From NCBI GenBank assembly GCA_053919585.1, contig CM132788.1: DNA of 64,000 nt, one strand, 5' to 3'. Origin of the DNA: Euprymna scolopes. Taxonomy: Eukaryota. Made by a program: the position numbers and the translations under genes. Position 1 is the first letter of the stretch. Every line of letters starts with the position of its first letter. This document shows, one piece after another, positions 12,158 to 24,926 of the stretch. Under the pieces are notes generated by a model. That model worked only from the letters and a program-made list of their open reading frames with translations. It had not been told where the DNA came from and did not search any database.

Positions 12158-13449
12158 TTCCCCAAATTGTCCATAGTTTCGAAAATCTGGGGCCAAAATG
12201 AAATCACTTTCACACGACATAAAGAGGTTAACCCCTATCATTCAGAAAGCCCTTGTCTGAAACAGGTGTCCTCGAGGCCACGATAGGTCTGGTTTCATCT
12301 CCACATTGTTCTGACATTTTGTGTCCCCTCATTCTGAAACAAGAAAACATATGCCTGGTTTTAACAATAATATATATATATAAGTACTTTGGATACCTAC
12401 TGTTGTCCGGGATTCAATTAGACAATCTTAGCATATTTGCGCGGTCTTCCTCAGGTCCCGGGGAGGGCTCAATCCACCCAATGGAGAGCAATACTCTCCC
12501 TCAAGACGATCATGTTACAAAGGAAAACATATCTACTTCTTATGCATAATAAATAAATACATGGATAGAGAGATGTGGAGAGAAGGGGGGAATAGACGTA
12601 TAAACTACTTGTCTTCTTACACTGAGCTACACTGTACACAACGGCTCATGCTGGGTCTCTAGGGGCGGCTACGTGTCGCGTCTGCTTTTCTCAATTAAAA
12701 AGGTCAAGCCTCATACTATATTTAAATGTCACTTGGTTTAATAGATTTCCGCTTTTAAGTCACCTCCAACATTTACGACGCCACTCACAAATTTCTACAC
12801 GATCATATAGCATGATGTCCTTGGCTTGTAACAGAAATAGACAGGTGTCCTGGTTCATTTTTGAGAAACGCCGCGTGTGTCTCAAGTGATTAAATGCTAT
12901 TAAATCGCTGAATGCAATTTTAATAAATGTAACTCCTTCCAACCGATGGATGTGCTTACCTATAAGATATGAAAAAAACTAAAAATAAATAAGAATATTA
13001 GCCAGGCGCAGATGTGCGATCACAGAGAATCAGCAAAGACACCCTGTGTTTGGCCTTGTTTCCTGGCTACGACAATGAACCTTATCTTCCACTTCTGGGC
13101 ATGTTGATAGTGCTTCATTTCCAGGTATGTTCATACAATCAGAGTGGGCAACTTTTGTCTGAAAGATTTGTGAGTAACAGTTTGACAGTTTGTCTGCCTA
13201 CTATATTCCACTTGACAATAAAGGAGATCTAACTCTTTGGTAGTGTTTAGAGTGACTGCTCTATCATCAGTTGTATAATATCATAATGGTTGAAGTGGCA
13301 TGTCGTGCATGGAAAAGGAACCTTCACTAATCATCTGTGGGCTTTACTGAGGGCATGAAGATGAAGAGTCGACTTATTGTTTATGTGTGCATGTTTGGTA
13401 TCATACACACACGTTGTCAAACATCTCTCACCTAAAAACTGAAACGTTT

Positions 13450-16350
13450 TTTTTAAATGACATTACGATCAAACCAGACGCACATCGAAACAAAACCAAT
13501 TTGTTGATGCTCGCATTCACAAATACCGGTTGACGCTGAACATATACAATATAGAAGCATTATTGCTAGAAACTTCCCGGATATCTTAGCGTTAAGTGAA
13601 ACTAACATACACTCTTCTATCTCTCACTTTGCCATAAGGACTCAGACAGACACATGTACAAACTTGGATTTTATATTCGTAACACTTTTCCCTTTCAAAC
13701 TAGAATCAGATGACCAGGTCTTCGTGTGCTTGAGACTAACCTTGCAATATAGCGTTAGTTATTTATATTTTCTCTTATATTATTCTCTACTGTTATCTCT
13801 CGACCTTGGACTGTGCCCTAATCAACCACGGTTCTAAAAGCATAGATGCAGTACTCTCCCAAGCTACTAGCGTGCAAGTACATGCATTTGGTGACTTTAA
13901 TGTCCACCACAGTTACACAAACACAGCTGTTTTTCTATATCCTATTCCTTGACACATTCTCTGATACAGATTGCCACGTTCCAAACCTGTCTCAGAAATC
14001 TTCAGGATCAGTATGCTTCATTTCTAGACCGACTTCTAACCACAATTTTTGAGGATTGTGTAACAAATGTCAGTAGCCCACTTGGGAATTTGGATCACGT
14101 TTTTGAGATTGGTAGACATCAACCTAAACTCTTGACCCAAAGTTGGAGAGCATTGTTCAAGACGACAAAATACTTCAAGAAGGCTGACTGGGAAACTCTC
14201 ACGAATTACATAATAGATGCCCACTGAGCAGTATCTTTTCTTTTAGCGGGACACATTGCAAATGATGCTACTGAATCGTTCAAAACAACAATTGAAGAGC
14301 ATGTTCCCACTCCACTCTTTCCAGTGGTTCATTTTTTATTTGTGCAGCTAACATTGCGCAAAGGTAGCATGCATTTTGCAGATTTATCCGACATGAGTCA
14401 AGTACAAATAGACAAAAATGCATGCAAGAGTGGCATAAGCGCAGCCAAGTGAAGGTACACTAAAATCAACTGACACCGCATTGAGTCACAGAAATTAGGA
14501 ACTCGCAATATCTGGATAATTTATAACAATATAGTAAATAATGGACAATCAACAATTTCTCCATTATCAAAAAATTATGAGGTTCTTTGCATGGCAATTG
14601 TTGTCCTAGTTGTCCAGCTGCTCGCCTCCGACTCCACTTTAGACCCAATGAATCACTCCCTCCTGAATTTCACTTTACTGACAAAAGCCACACTCGATGA
14701 TCTAAAAATCTCTCCTCCTCATATTCGTGATATCATAAAAAGTCTAGACATCTTGTAGGCGTGTGTACTTGATTACATCCTGTTGCTATACTATTAAAGA
14801 TCGCCACAGTTCTCTCTAAACTCTTCAACAAATGCCTTACTGAATCTTGCTTTCCTGACTGCTGAGAAATTGTAACTGTGGTACTAATTTTCAAGAATTT
14901 TGGCGAAAGAACTGACTCGCCTAATTATCGCCCCATTATCCTCCTTTCTCTCTTCGCCAAAATCTTTGTTTTTAATCAACATATCTCATAGATACTAAAC
15001 GTATTTCCGACCGACAGCATGGATTTAGACAAGCTCGTTCTATTTCAGATATCTTAACTGTAATCTCTAAACGTATATACCACGCACTGAAAAAATCAGG
15101 GTAAGCAAAGATAGTGGTATTTGATATATCTAAGGCGTTGACAGCGTTTGACAGATTTTCACATGACAATTAAATTATATAGGATTACTCGACAAATACT
15201 TTACATAATGAAATCATCATAAGCCAAAAGAAAAATCCAGGTTTCCCTCAATAGTCGTATGTCAACAAATATATATAAAAATGCGGGTGTGCAACAAAGT
15301 CGATTTTAAGACTTTTATTAACCTGACATTCATAAATGACCTACCTGATAAAATTACCTCTGAGATGGGTATATTTACTGATGACACCACGCGTTATAAC
15401 AGACGCGAGGATAAAACGAGTGAACAACAACACTTACGATTAGAGATGATTTGTTACCTGTTCGTGGATATTTTAAACTGATTTAGGGACGATGATTAAA
15501 GCTGGTTTTAAGTGAATTTGTTGCTGCAGACTTTCTTTTTACCTCCTCAATTTTAAGTTATTGTTTTAAATTGACGTGAACACTAGAACATTTCAATTAA
15601 AAGTCAAATATGAACAGGTAAAATTATAGAAGAATAAAAGACCAATGAAATGAGGTATAGGTTGTTTAAACAGCTGCATTAAATTTAGCTTAAATTTGTA
15701 GTTTTTGAAAAAATCACAAGTGCGGATTTTCTTTTTGCCGCCTGTGTACATTGACGAAACTGCCTAGCTTGCCGTTAATCATGTGGGCTTTTTCTATTCT
15801 TCTTAAAAATTACTCACGCCTGAGAGTATTCTATATCTACTATTCGCCCATGCATGGAGTATTGTTGCCACATCTGAGTGGGTGCATCTGCCACTAATCC
15901 ATCCCACTTAGACAGGGTCTGAAAATGTCCCCATCCTATTCGATCCCGCACTATAAACCCGACTTCAATCACCGCAAGATTGTATCTCCGTGCATGTTTT
16001 ACAAGTGTTTTAATGGTATGTGCTCCGACGAACTCCAAGCACCTGTACCCCTTTTGACGTAAATAACTCCGACTAATCGAATAAGCAGCAAAATCACACC
16101 CCTAAACTGTAGAGATCTCCAGATGCCGAAAATATTGTGTCTTTAATAATGTCTACCCTCAAACTGCTACACTTTGGAATTCTCTGCCGGAAACCTCGCT
16201 TTCTTAACAGTACTGACGTGCAGAAGTTCAAGTGTAATGTGAACAAATATCTATCTGCTCTACTCCCTATATAGTATCCCTGTAAATGTGGTCCTATATT
16301 CAAACGGCACTGTGCCTTGTTTGGAGCGAAAAAACATTAATAAAAAAGGA
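13450..16350 (+). mobile_element. Old degenerate CR1/Zenon-type LINE (family B): EN, RT and 3' end
   Basis: Fragments such as SSPLGNLDH, YFKKADWE, NYRPI, FINDLPD..GIFTDDTT, IRPCMEYCCHI; 3' ggcactgtgccttg + A tail; interrupted ~15450-15780. Confidence 0.8.
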
Positions 16351-17019
16351 AATATAATTCTATGGATTGGGTGCATGAAAGCATACGGTTCTGAATTCAA
16401 TTCTGGGAATGCCGAGTCTAGCTGCCAGTCTTTAAATATACAGCTGTAATCAAGTGTAACTAGTTGTTATATATCCATGTTTGAAGATGATTTATTCAGA
16501 TATACTAAATTTTGCTTTTTTTAGCATTATTAGTTCGAATGACATATTTAACTAAAATGGAAAAATATTAATATATTTGATTTCAATTAAAAATTGTTTT
16601 ATTTACTATTGTATTCATTTTAAAAAATTGAAATAATACTACCATTATTGATGGTACAAGTATTTTAGTATTCATAACAGCATAATAATAGCAGATAGTT
16701 AAATATATACATTGAATAATCCTTGAAGTTAAAATCTTTACCATAGGATTAAAACAAACAGACTTTTATACGCTGTGATGCGTGTCGAATGTCTCATTCG
16801 AAAATTGCCAGTCTTTTTCATCGTCAATAATGGGCGCCATTTTAGCAAAGGATCAGTTTAATTTGATCATTTTGAATTATAATGAAAATTACAATCTAAA
16901 GAAAATAAATTATATCGAAATTGACTGACATTATGTAGGGATTACCGTGAAGTAAGTGAACGGTCTCTATATTGTATTAAGTGTTTTTGAAGTTATACCC
17001 TGGAGACGTTGATAACTCA

Positions 17020-17082
<63 letters not shown>

Positions 17083-17089
17083 TTTTTGG

Positions 17090-17930
17090 GGGGGTCACGT
17101 TCACCCCTTATAAGGCATATCGCTACTTGGACGTAAAAAGCAACTATTTGGGACAATGCCTAGGTAAGATTAGCGAGATGTTGGGTTACGTTACATTTAA
17201 ACTTCTGCATATCAGTACAGCCAGGGAAGCAATGTAGCATGAAGGGAATTCCGAAGTCTAGCTGTTCAAGAAAAGACACTATTAGAATAAAAAGCGTTCT
17301 GACATTAAGGCACCTCAACTGTAAAGGGGTGAGATTTTATTGCTAAGCAGGTTTGTCGGGAATATGTACGTCGAGGGATACAAGTGCAACGAGTTCATCA
17401 GAGGACATTCATATTAAAATGTAAAACAGGCTTAGAGATGGGACAAAGGTTAGAGCTTAGTTGACAAAGTGGTACCTATCAGATTGAAAACTCCTTTTTG
17501 ACACTATCCAAGAGGAAGAGGTTAGTAGTACATGCACTAACCCGGATGTGGCAACAATATTCCATGCATTGGCGACTGTTGGCCTTGTAGAGGTACAGGA
17601 TGCTGTAAGTTTTCTTCTAACTCGATAGAAGGAATCCACCTTCTTTGCAGCAGCTTCTGCAATGTCCTCAGTGAATTTGTTCCAGTTTATATTGCCCGCA
17701 AATGTTAAGCCGAGGTGTTTGAAGGAAGAATTCTCATGTAGGGTGTTATTTGTCATGGATATAGGCGGTTGGAGATGCGTCTTGTAATTGTTAAAGGGGG
17801 GCAACTTAGTCTTACTAGCATTAAATGTTACCATTCATTTGCGGCCCCATTTCATTACGGTCTGGAAGTCATTTTATAGCGATTCTGTCATTATCTTAGA
17901 TTCATGTACATCCGTTCTTTCCTCTGTTAG
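17090..17930 (-). mobile_element. CR1/Zenon-type LINE 3' fragment
   Basis: VTFNASKTK..SSFKHLGLTF..W..AAAKKVDSFYR homologous to the RT C-terminus of 37679-39277. Confidence 0.85.
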
Positions 17931-18226
17931 AAATTTCAGAATGCAAGGGCAATAACCGCGTGATTTACAATCACGTGATTATTTCGACCAATGGTATTGC
18001 GTTGATTCAGTTGCTGCGGAGGATGCAGAAGTGGCGGGAATATTATGTTTCAAAAAACAGATTTCAATATGACGTCGTGCCAAGCAGACGCGCGTAATCT
18101 CGCTCCATGCCTAATGAACTAAGGCAGGGTTCTACCCCATTTATTTCTCCGCTCATTTAAATGCGGATACTAGCCAGAGGCTAAAATGTTCTACGGAATA
18201 ATTACTTCATTATCATTGCCCGCAAG

Positions 18227-18449
18227 GGGGCATATTATTTGATGAACATCGATCGCAATGTGCGTTGTTCGTATTCGACAGTCTGGAAAGACTTCGAGAA
18301 CCCTCAACCAATTCAACGAGCGGCCGCTTCTACCAGCATCTTCAACAAGAAGAAAACTACCTTCGCCTTTCAAGGCAAGAACTACCCGCCATTTGGCAGA
18401 AGCTGAAGAGGGCACTCTTTTGCAATATGGACTCATTTTTTACCCTTTG
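18227..18449 (+). CDS. Candidate exon or pseudo-exon resembling the C-terminal part of a TIR domain
   Basis: Open frame GILFDEHRSQCALFVFDSLE...ENYLRLSRQELPAIWQKLKRALF ending at donor TG|gtaaat; YL..x..W.KL..AL resembles TIR box 3 by eye only. Confidence 0.3.
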
Positions 18450-19049
18450 GTAAATAAAATTATTCTTGGATTTAAGGTGAGCCTTTGTTGCTTTTCTGTG
18501 TCTCTTTCATTCTGTCAAAGGCAAAAATGAGTAAGAGAATTTCTTACACCTCGTGCCTGTTTTAGAGCGTTGTATCATCAGCAAATATATTTTACTTGAT
18601 GCATGGAAGTTCTAAAAGGCCCATATATCAAACTGAAACATCTAGAATTCAAATTTTGCCAATATTTTGATCATGACCGAACTTGGCAAAGATAACTTTC
18701 CGATAAGATGCTGGACTTTATTCGCTTCAGCCTAGATCATATAGTGACTTACTATGATAGACAAAACAAAAGTTATCGTTGGAGGTTTCACTTTCACTTT
18801 TTCCATGACCACGATGTTTAAATTTTTTTAAGTCTATTCTTAGTTTTAATTTTTTTTTTTTTCAATTAGAATTCGAGTAAGGTTACCTGTTCCGAAAGTT
18901 ATATTACAGAGAGGAAGTAATCAGGCTTGCGTGGTAAATGAGCATGATTAACACTTTGACTAAGTCTAATGACGATTGGTCAAGCAATATGGACGCTAGA
19001 CTATATAAAAATGATGATTTCGATTGAAAATAAAGCTCGTCTTGGCGGG

Positions 19050-19250
19050 AGTAATAAAAATAAGAGAAATAGAAAAAACAACGTAAAATAAATATAAACA
19101 AATAACAGAAAAGTAGAACAAATTTAAAAAAATGGAAGGAAAACAATAAACAGAGGTAACACAATGAAGGAAGAAACGGAACAGTACATTGAAAGCAGGA
19201 GAAATCGAAACAATAAGCAAGAACACAAACGGGAATCGAAGCAAGTAAAA
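19050..19250. repeat. A/G-rich low-complexity tract
   Basis: Direct reading; explains the F/L-rich minus-strand ORFs. Confidence 0.8.
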
Positions 19251-20669
19251 CACGAGTTGTCTCCTCATGTGATCACTAAATAAAGTATATAATCATTAAT
19301 TACGACTAATTAAGTGTCTTTAAAATATATTTCGAAAAAACCCCCTCTTTTTTTCATTTTGAGAGTATTTTAAGTCGTATGGGCAATCCAAAATTTTCTT
19401 TGTATTACCAGCATTTCTTAATCTAAATCAATAACGCAGTGAATTGTTTATAACATTTAATTGATGAAATTTATGATGCGTAGAAAAATATCATTTCGGT
19501 GCATTTTATACCATGGAGAAATAAACAGATTTAAAAATAAAAGTGGGGGGCTTGATCAATTTAATTTCTGCGTCCATTGTTATCTAACCTCATGAAAACT
19601 AAACTGATTCTATGACAATCCAAACACGAACGGAATAACAGTCAAACGAAATGAGAGATTAAGTTCTTTTTTATTAACATCGGCAACCAGAAACCAAAAG
19701 CTGAAAGAGAAGAAAAGATGTGAAACTATGACGGAAACCAAGAAAGAATAATAGCCAAGGCAATTTAATATTTAAGTTAGTTTGAGTTTTAATAGCAAAT
19801 CTTCACGTAAAGTTAAATGTTTGGTGGAATGGAAATTTCAATTTAGATTTGAGTAACCCTACGTGTCCCGATATTAAAATTACACACAGAGAAAGCTGCT
19901 AGTCCAATTCATTAAGTCGAATTCAGTAGAGATAGAGAGGAACTTGATAGCTGCGTTTTCTCCCGACAGGAAAGAGGGTTCTGGGATTTACGCACACGCA
20001 TGTGTGTTATGTAGAACATTTAAACACCCCCAAATTTTTAAACCCACATTTATTTGTCGATGTGTCTTTCTTAATAACGTTTATCAATACTGTTGTTGAG
20101 AACAATCAGAAGACAATAAGAATTAAAAGTAAAAAGTTGATATTTCATTAGTCACTTCACCACTGTGACTACAAGAAATCGATTAGTTGATTGTGTCGGC
20201 GATGTGGACATACGATGGAGATGAAAGAACACTCTAGCATTGCTATAATAATAACAGATATCTTTAAGATGCACTCATGAAATTTGCACAATAAATATAC
20301 TATCGTTTACTTAATCGTGACCTATTGATTGATAAATAGATTCATTGACGCATCAATTATGCCAGACATAAGCGTAACAAAGTAGAAAAAATTATGATGC
20401 TTATGCATTTGTTCCTGCGTTTTTTTTTTTTGTTTTTTTTTTATAATATTAAAGTTAAATTAAATTTTTACGATATTTTTCTATATTGAATTGTTAGGTG
20501 AAAATACAGAATAGTTATGAAACACCTTTTTTCAATATGTTAAGAATGGCTTTCTAAATAATAACTGTTATTTCAGCGCAATAACAGATACATTAGTACC
20601 AAATTTGTGTTTTCAATTTAAGTATGACGGGCTGGCAGACAGCCTCTTCTGCAGATGCTTGCAAGTTAA

Positions 20670-21750
20670 CCAAAAGCAAAATGTAATCGGGCAGAAGATG
20701 AGAGTAAGTGAATAGCAAAAATATAGAAACAGGTAAAAGGAAATAGCGTGAGAAAAAAAACAGAAGCAGAAAAGGTAGAAAACGAGAAGTACGGAAAGAA
20801 GGAAGAGAAGAAAGGAAAGACAAAAATATGACTAATTAGAACGAAACAAAAGAAAACTAGGAGAAAGAAAGGACAGAAGCAAGAAGAAAGAAAAATGATG
20901 TAAAAACATAATAAAAAAAAGTAATGAAAGAAAAAGAAAGCAAAAGGAAGAAATAAAGGAAACAGAGAAACCATAAAAAATGAATTAAAGAAAAGAACTG
21001 AATATAGAAAAGAAAAACGGTATAAAAAATGAGAGACTCCATCATTAATACTCTGGGCCTCTGATTTCTGCCCATCAACCACTACGCTTATGAGCCTATC
21101 AGAGATAAATGATTTAATAATTGAGAAAACATTTCCAGTTATACCGTAACTGGAAATCTTGTGAAGTAGGCCCTTGTACCATACCTTATTGAAGGCCTTT
21201 GATATGTCAAGAGCAATTGCCCTAGAAAGGAAGCCTTTGTCTAGAGATTCACTAATCCTATAAGATATAACCGTTAGCACATCTGCTGTAGATGAAGCAC
21301 CCCCTTAAGTAAGGCACTTAATAACTCTCCAATACTAACGATTACTACGATACTATCCCATTGGTTAATGTACACGCAATAACCCTTATCCCCGAGTGGC
21401 TTCCGGATCTTTATAAGTGGTGACTTCCATGTAAAAAAAAATTAGAAAAAAAAATGAAAACTAGAAAATAAACAAAAAATGAACGAAAGAAAAAAAGAAA
21501 GTAGAGGAAATAAGGAATGAAAGAAAGAAGGAAAGAAGAAAAGAGGAATAAATAAAGAAGCAGAGAAATACAGACCACAAGAATGGATAGAATAATGAAA
21601 CAAAAAGAAAATATAAAAATTGAAACGGAAACGAAAGAGAAATAAAGAAAGGTAGCAGCAAGAAGAAAGTAGAACAGTGACAGAAAGAAAGAAACATAAA
21701 AGCAAAAGATATAAACAGAAAAAGAGAAATGTGGTAAATAGGAGAAAATA
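20670..21750. repeat. A/G-rich low-complexity tract interrupted by a LINE insertion
   Basis: Direct reading. Confidence 0.8.
21036..21440. mobile_element. Rearranged family A LINE insertion: RT segment on - (21036-21292) joined to 3' UTR/poly(A) on + (21297-21440)
   Basis: LTVISYRISESLDKGFLSRAIALDISKAF on -; ccccttaagt...cccttatccccgagtggcttccgg...poly(A) on +. Confidence 0.85.
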
Positions 21751-22080
21751 ATTCGTGTCAACATTTATTTACTTTTAGACAAAGATAAATGGTTTCCCAG
21801 TAAGACATGACAAAAGGTCAAAGCCCGAAATAATCTCTGTCCTCTCGATATGACACGCATTATAATAATTAGGTGACCACACAATTCCCAATTTTTACAC
21901 AAGTGAATCACTAGAGTTGTTGACCATTTATGTGTTTATTAACGGAGATAATCACATTCGCTTCTGGCTTTCGAACAATCGAATAAGAAATTCGTTTAGC
22001 AGTTTTACACCAGAAGATGATAAACTACTTATTTACACCATTTTTGGCATCACATGATTATTAATTCGTAATTTCAAGGC

Positions 22081-22154
<74 letters not shown>

Positions 22155-22155
<1 letters not shown>

Positions 22156-22330
22156 ACAAATATTAATGAATAGCACGTACATATTCTGTTTTACGATTTT
22201 CCTTTTTATCTTCCCATATCTCCGAATAGTCCTTTTTGTGTTCTTCTCGAAATTGTATATGTTGGATCCATAATCGCGAGCGCTTTCGACAGAAGTACTT
22301 CTATCATCCTCAGGCATATTGTAGAAATAA
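22155..22330 (-). mobile_element. Penelope-like pseudo-LTR remnant (hammerhead followed by an ORF N-terminus-like peptide)
   Basis: Hammerhead then ..RTIRRYGKIKRKIVKQNMYVLFINICP, resembling Penelope/Poseidon ORF N-termini; runs into (TA)n. Confidence 0.55.
22272..22320 (-). ncRNA. Minimal type I hammerhead ribozyme
   Basis: TGC-CTGAGGA-T-GATAGAAG-TA-CTTCTGTC-GAAAGCGCTC-GCG: 8-bp stem II, palindromic AGCGCT in place of stem III. Confidence 0.7.
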
Positions 22331-22546
22331 ATGTAGAGATTGTTTTTTTAATTTACTTATATATATTTTTTTTCATAGTCACGTGGTAATTTGTTACAAG
22401 TTAGGTGGGCGGCTTTTTTTTTCACACATTTGCATCGATTGTCCCCGGCTAAAACCAAAATATAAAGTTTCGCATGGGTTCGAATATCCTATATATAAAG
22501 GCAAAATCTTTTTAACCAAATATATATATATATATATATATATATA

Positions 22547-22788
22547 GTCATCCACATACAGTACTGTTTCGCAGCTCACCAGTGCGGCTAGACAGGCAAC
22601 TATCTCAAGCCAGGATTGAAACCCGACCGTTTGTACGGCAGTCAAGGCTCCTAACCATTACGCTATTGGCGGCTGCTTGAACGAGTAGTGAGTTTAACGA
22701 TGTTTTAACATCGTCCGAAATACCTCCGCTCGATTTGTTTACACAAAGAGCGTCGCTTATATGCTAATGGTAATTCGTTTTTTCACTT
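22547..22788 (-). mobile_element. tRNA-promoter + hammerhead SINE/retrozyme-like element flanked by (TA)n on both sides
   Basis: A box TAGCGTAATGGTTAG (22651-22665), B box GGTTTCAATCC (22613-22623), hammerhead 22552-22587. Confidence 0.75.
22552..22587 (-). ncRNA. Type I hammerhead ribozyme (A6G core variant, very short stem II)
   Basis: CCGCA-CTGGTGA-GCTGC-GAAAC-AGTACT-GTA-TGTGG: 5-bp stem I, palindromic stem III. Confidence 0.7.
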
Positions 22789-23147
22789 ATATATATATAT
22801 ATATATATGCATACATAAATATATACAGAAAGAAGTTTGTGTTTACCATAACCTTTTTTACGCAAGTATAAATCATGTAGAATATCTGCATGAATATAAT
22901 TATGCGTATAATTAACTTAAGATGATCGTGCCATGAGAAAACCTAAAAAATAATAAGGAATTAATTAAAATGAATGTTTAGAAGAAGATGCAAATTAGCT
23001 AGATTTTTTTTTTTTTTTTTTTTTGCAGATGAATGCAATTCTACAGCGCATATGTAACAAAGTTGTATTTTCTTAGGAAATAAATAGCAAGAAAGGGAGT
23101 TTGAATATGAATACACACAAAAACAAATTCATGGGAGTATAGATAGA

Positions 23148-23825
23148 TACAGGGTGGAACGATAATTGTGTCACCGTAAAGAAAAACAACAATACAGCAT
23201 TGTTTTAAAACTTTTGTTGAAAAAATCAATTACGGTAATTTGATTATGGAGTAAGGCTGACACATATTCAATGTAGCCGCCTTCAGCCTCAATCACCGCC
23301 TCGATACGGGTTTGGAACTAGGAGCATGCCTTTTCCACAAGTGCCAGTGGGGGTTCGGCGAATACTCGGCAGATGGCGGCAATCAGACGTGCTTTCGTGT
23401 TGTGGGAGATCATGTTAGTGATGTTCTCAACGTATAATAAAACGAAGTAGTCCAGCAGATTCAGGTCGGGGGAGAGGGAAAGCCCAGCAATGAGAGAAGG
23501 GTACAACCTCATTTTGGAGCCCAGCCTGCGTCTCTTTGAACTTGTGGGCCGCCGCTGAATCCTGCTGCGACACCTCGGGTCTGCCAGCGGCCACATTATT
23601 GCCCCAGGGGATCACCACAATCTTCAACACATCCAGGTATTTTCTTTGGTGTTGACTTTCAAGCCGACTTCGAATAGGTTAGGTTGCATGATGTGGCCCT
23701 CCGTCGAAACCACACAAAAAACGATAATCGTAGCCGGAAACTTTGTTTTCATCACCCTGAACACGTCCTTGATATTCGTGGCAATCCAGCGACGCATTTT
23801 AAGGGTGCTGGTAATGGTCCTGTTG
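23148..23825 (-). mobile_element. Degenerate Tc1/mariner transposon, maT (DD37D)-like 3' half
   Basis: TKFPATIIVFCVVSTEGHIM, QQDSAAAHK, SPDLNLLDYFV, RIEAVIEAEGGYIE; TA-CAGGGTG terminus at 23148. Confidence 0.85.
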
Positions 23826-24521
23826 TCATAACTTGGATCGGTTAAAAGCATAGAAAATACAGCGGCGCATCACCGCTCTCGCTCATGTAACATTGTGTCA
23901 TTTTTAGACATGACAGAAATGGGATTTGTACAGAACTGACCAACTAGTAGATGATTTGCAGCAAACAAGAAAACCGGTTTTCATCGAACGAAAATGGAAT
24001 TGCATTGTATTTATTGCATTTATTCAGGTGACAATTTTATCCTTTCGCCTTTCATATCATTCAAACACGGTAGTATTTGAATGATATGGGTAGTTTTAGT
24101 CATTTAGAACTGCTTTAAAGCTTCAACGCTCATTCATTTTTCAACCAAATTTGAAACAAGTATTACAGTTTATTGATCACCTTCTCGGCTATATTGTAAA
24201 AAGAAAATTCAATTTTTTCGTTCAGTAAAACAAAATTTTGATAGATTTTCTAGTGTTCAAAGTCGTAAAAATATGGAAGGAGGTGAACAACGCTTTTTAT
24301 GACTGATTTCCATAGGAACCATGTCGCTTCGGCGACTACTGTTGCTATTAATTCACTGTTGTCGAGAAAGGGGAATTAACAAGTGAAAGAGAGAGGGGGG
24401 CTTTTATTGAAAGCAGACGAGTGCCGTACATTGTTATTACATATGTGTGTATGGAGACAAAAAATAAGACCGAAATTTAACCAAGAACAAGTGAATTTGT
24501 GTGAAGCCTGGAAATATCATG

Positions 24522-24854
24522 GATTACAATAGAAAAATGCGAGCATGAAAAGTAATATGGTTAAGCTTAAACATGGAAAAGTAAAGAACTAGTTATTAAA
24601 ACTGGAAAAGAAAAGGTATATAGATATTCTAGTAAAAAAAATAATAAATTAAAATAGTGCAGCATTAAGATTTTTTAATTCAATTTATAGCATTATATAA
24701 TCAATTCTTAATGCTGCAATATTTTAAGTTATAAATTTATTGTATTTTTTACTAGAATATCTTGTCCTTTCATTTTCCAGTTTTAACAACTAGTCCTTTT
24801 TTTTCCATGTTTAAGCTTAATCATAGTACTTTTCGTGCTCGCATTTTTATGTTG

Positions 24855-24858
<4 letters not shown>
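24522..24858. mobile_element. Foldback/MITE-like element with ~150-bp imperfect inverted arms
   Basis: attacaa.a.aaaaatgcgagca.gaaaagta...gcagcattaaga versus tcttaatgctgc...tacttttcgtgctcgcatttttatgttgtaat. Confidence 0.8.

Positions 24859-24926
<68 letters not shown>

Noticed and set aside
18904-21764. Phe/Leu-rich membrane-protein-like ORFs on the minus strand
   Set aside because: They derive from A/G-rich low-complexity DNA.
23003-23060. Strong acceptor-like poly-T-gcag with a possible micro-exon
   Set aside because: Weak donor and no coding evidence; poly-T tracts are common here.
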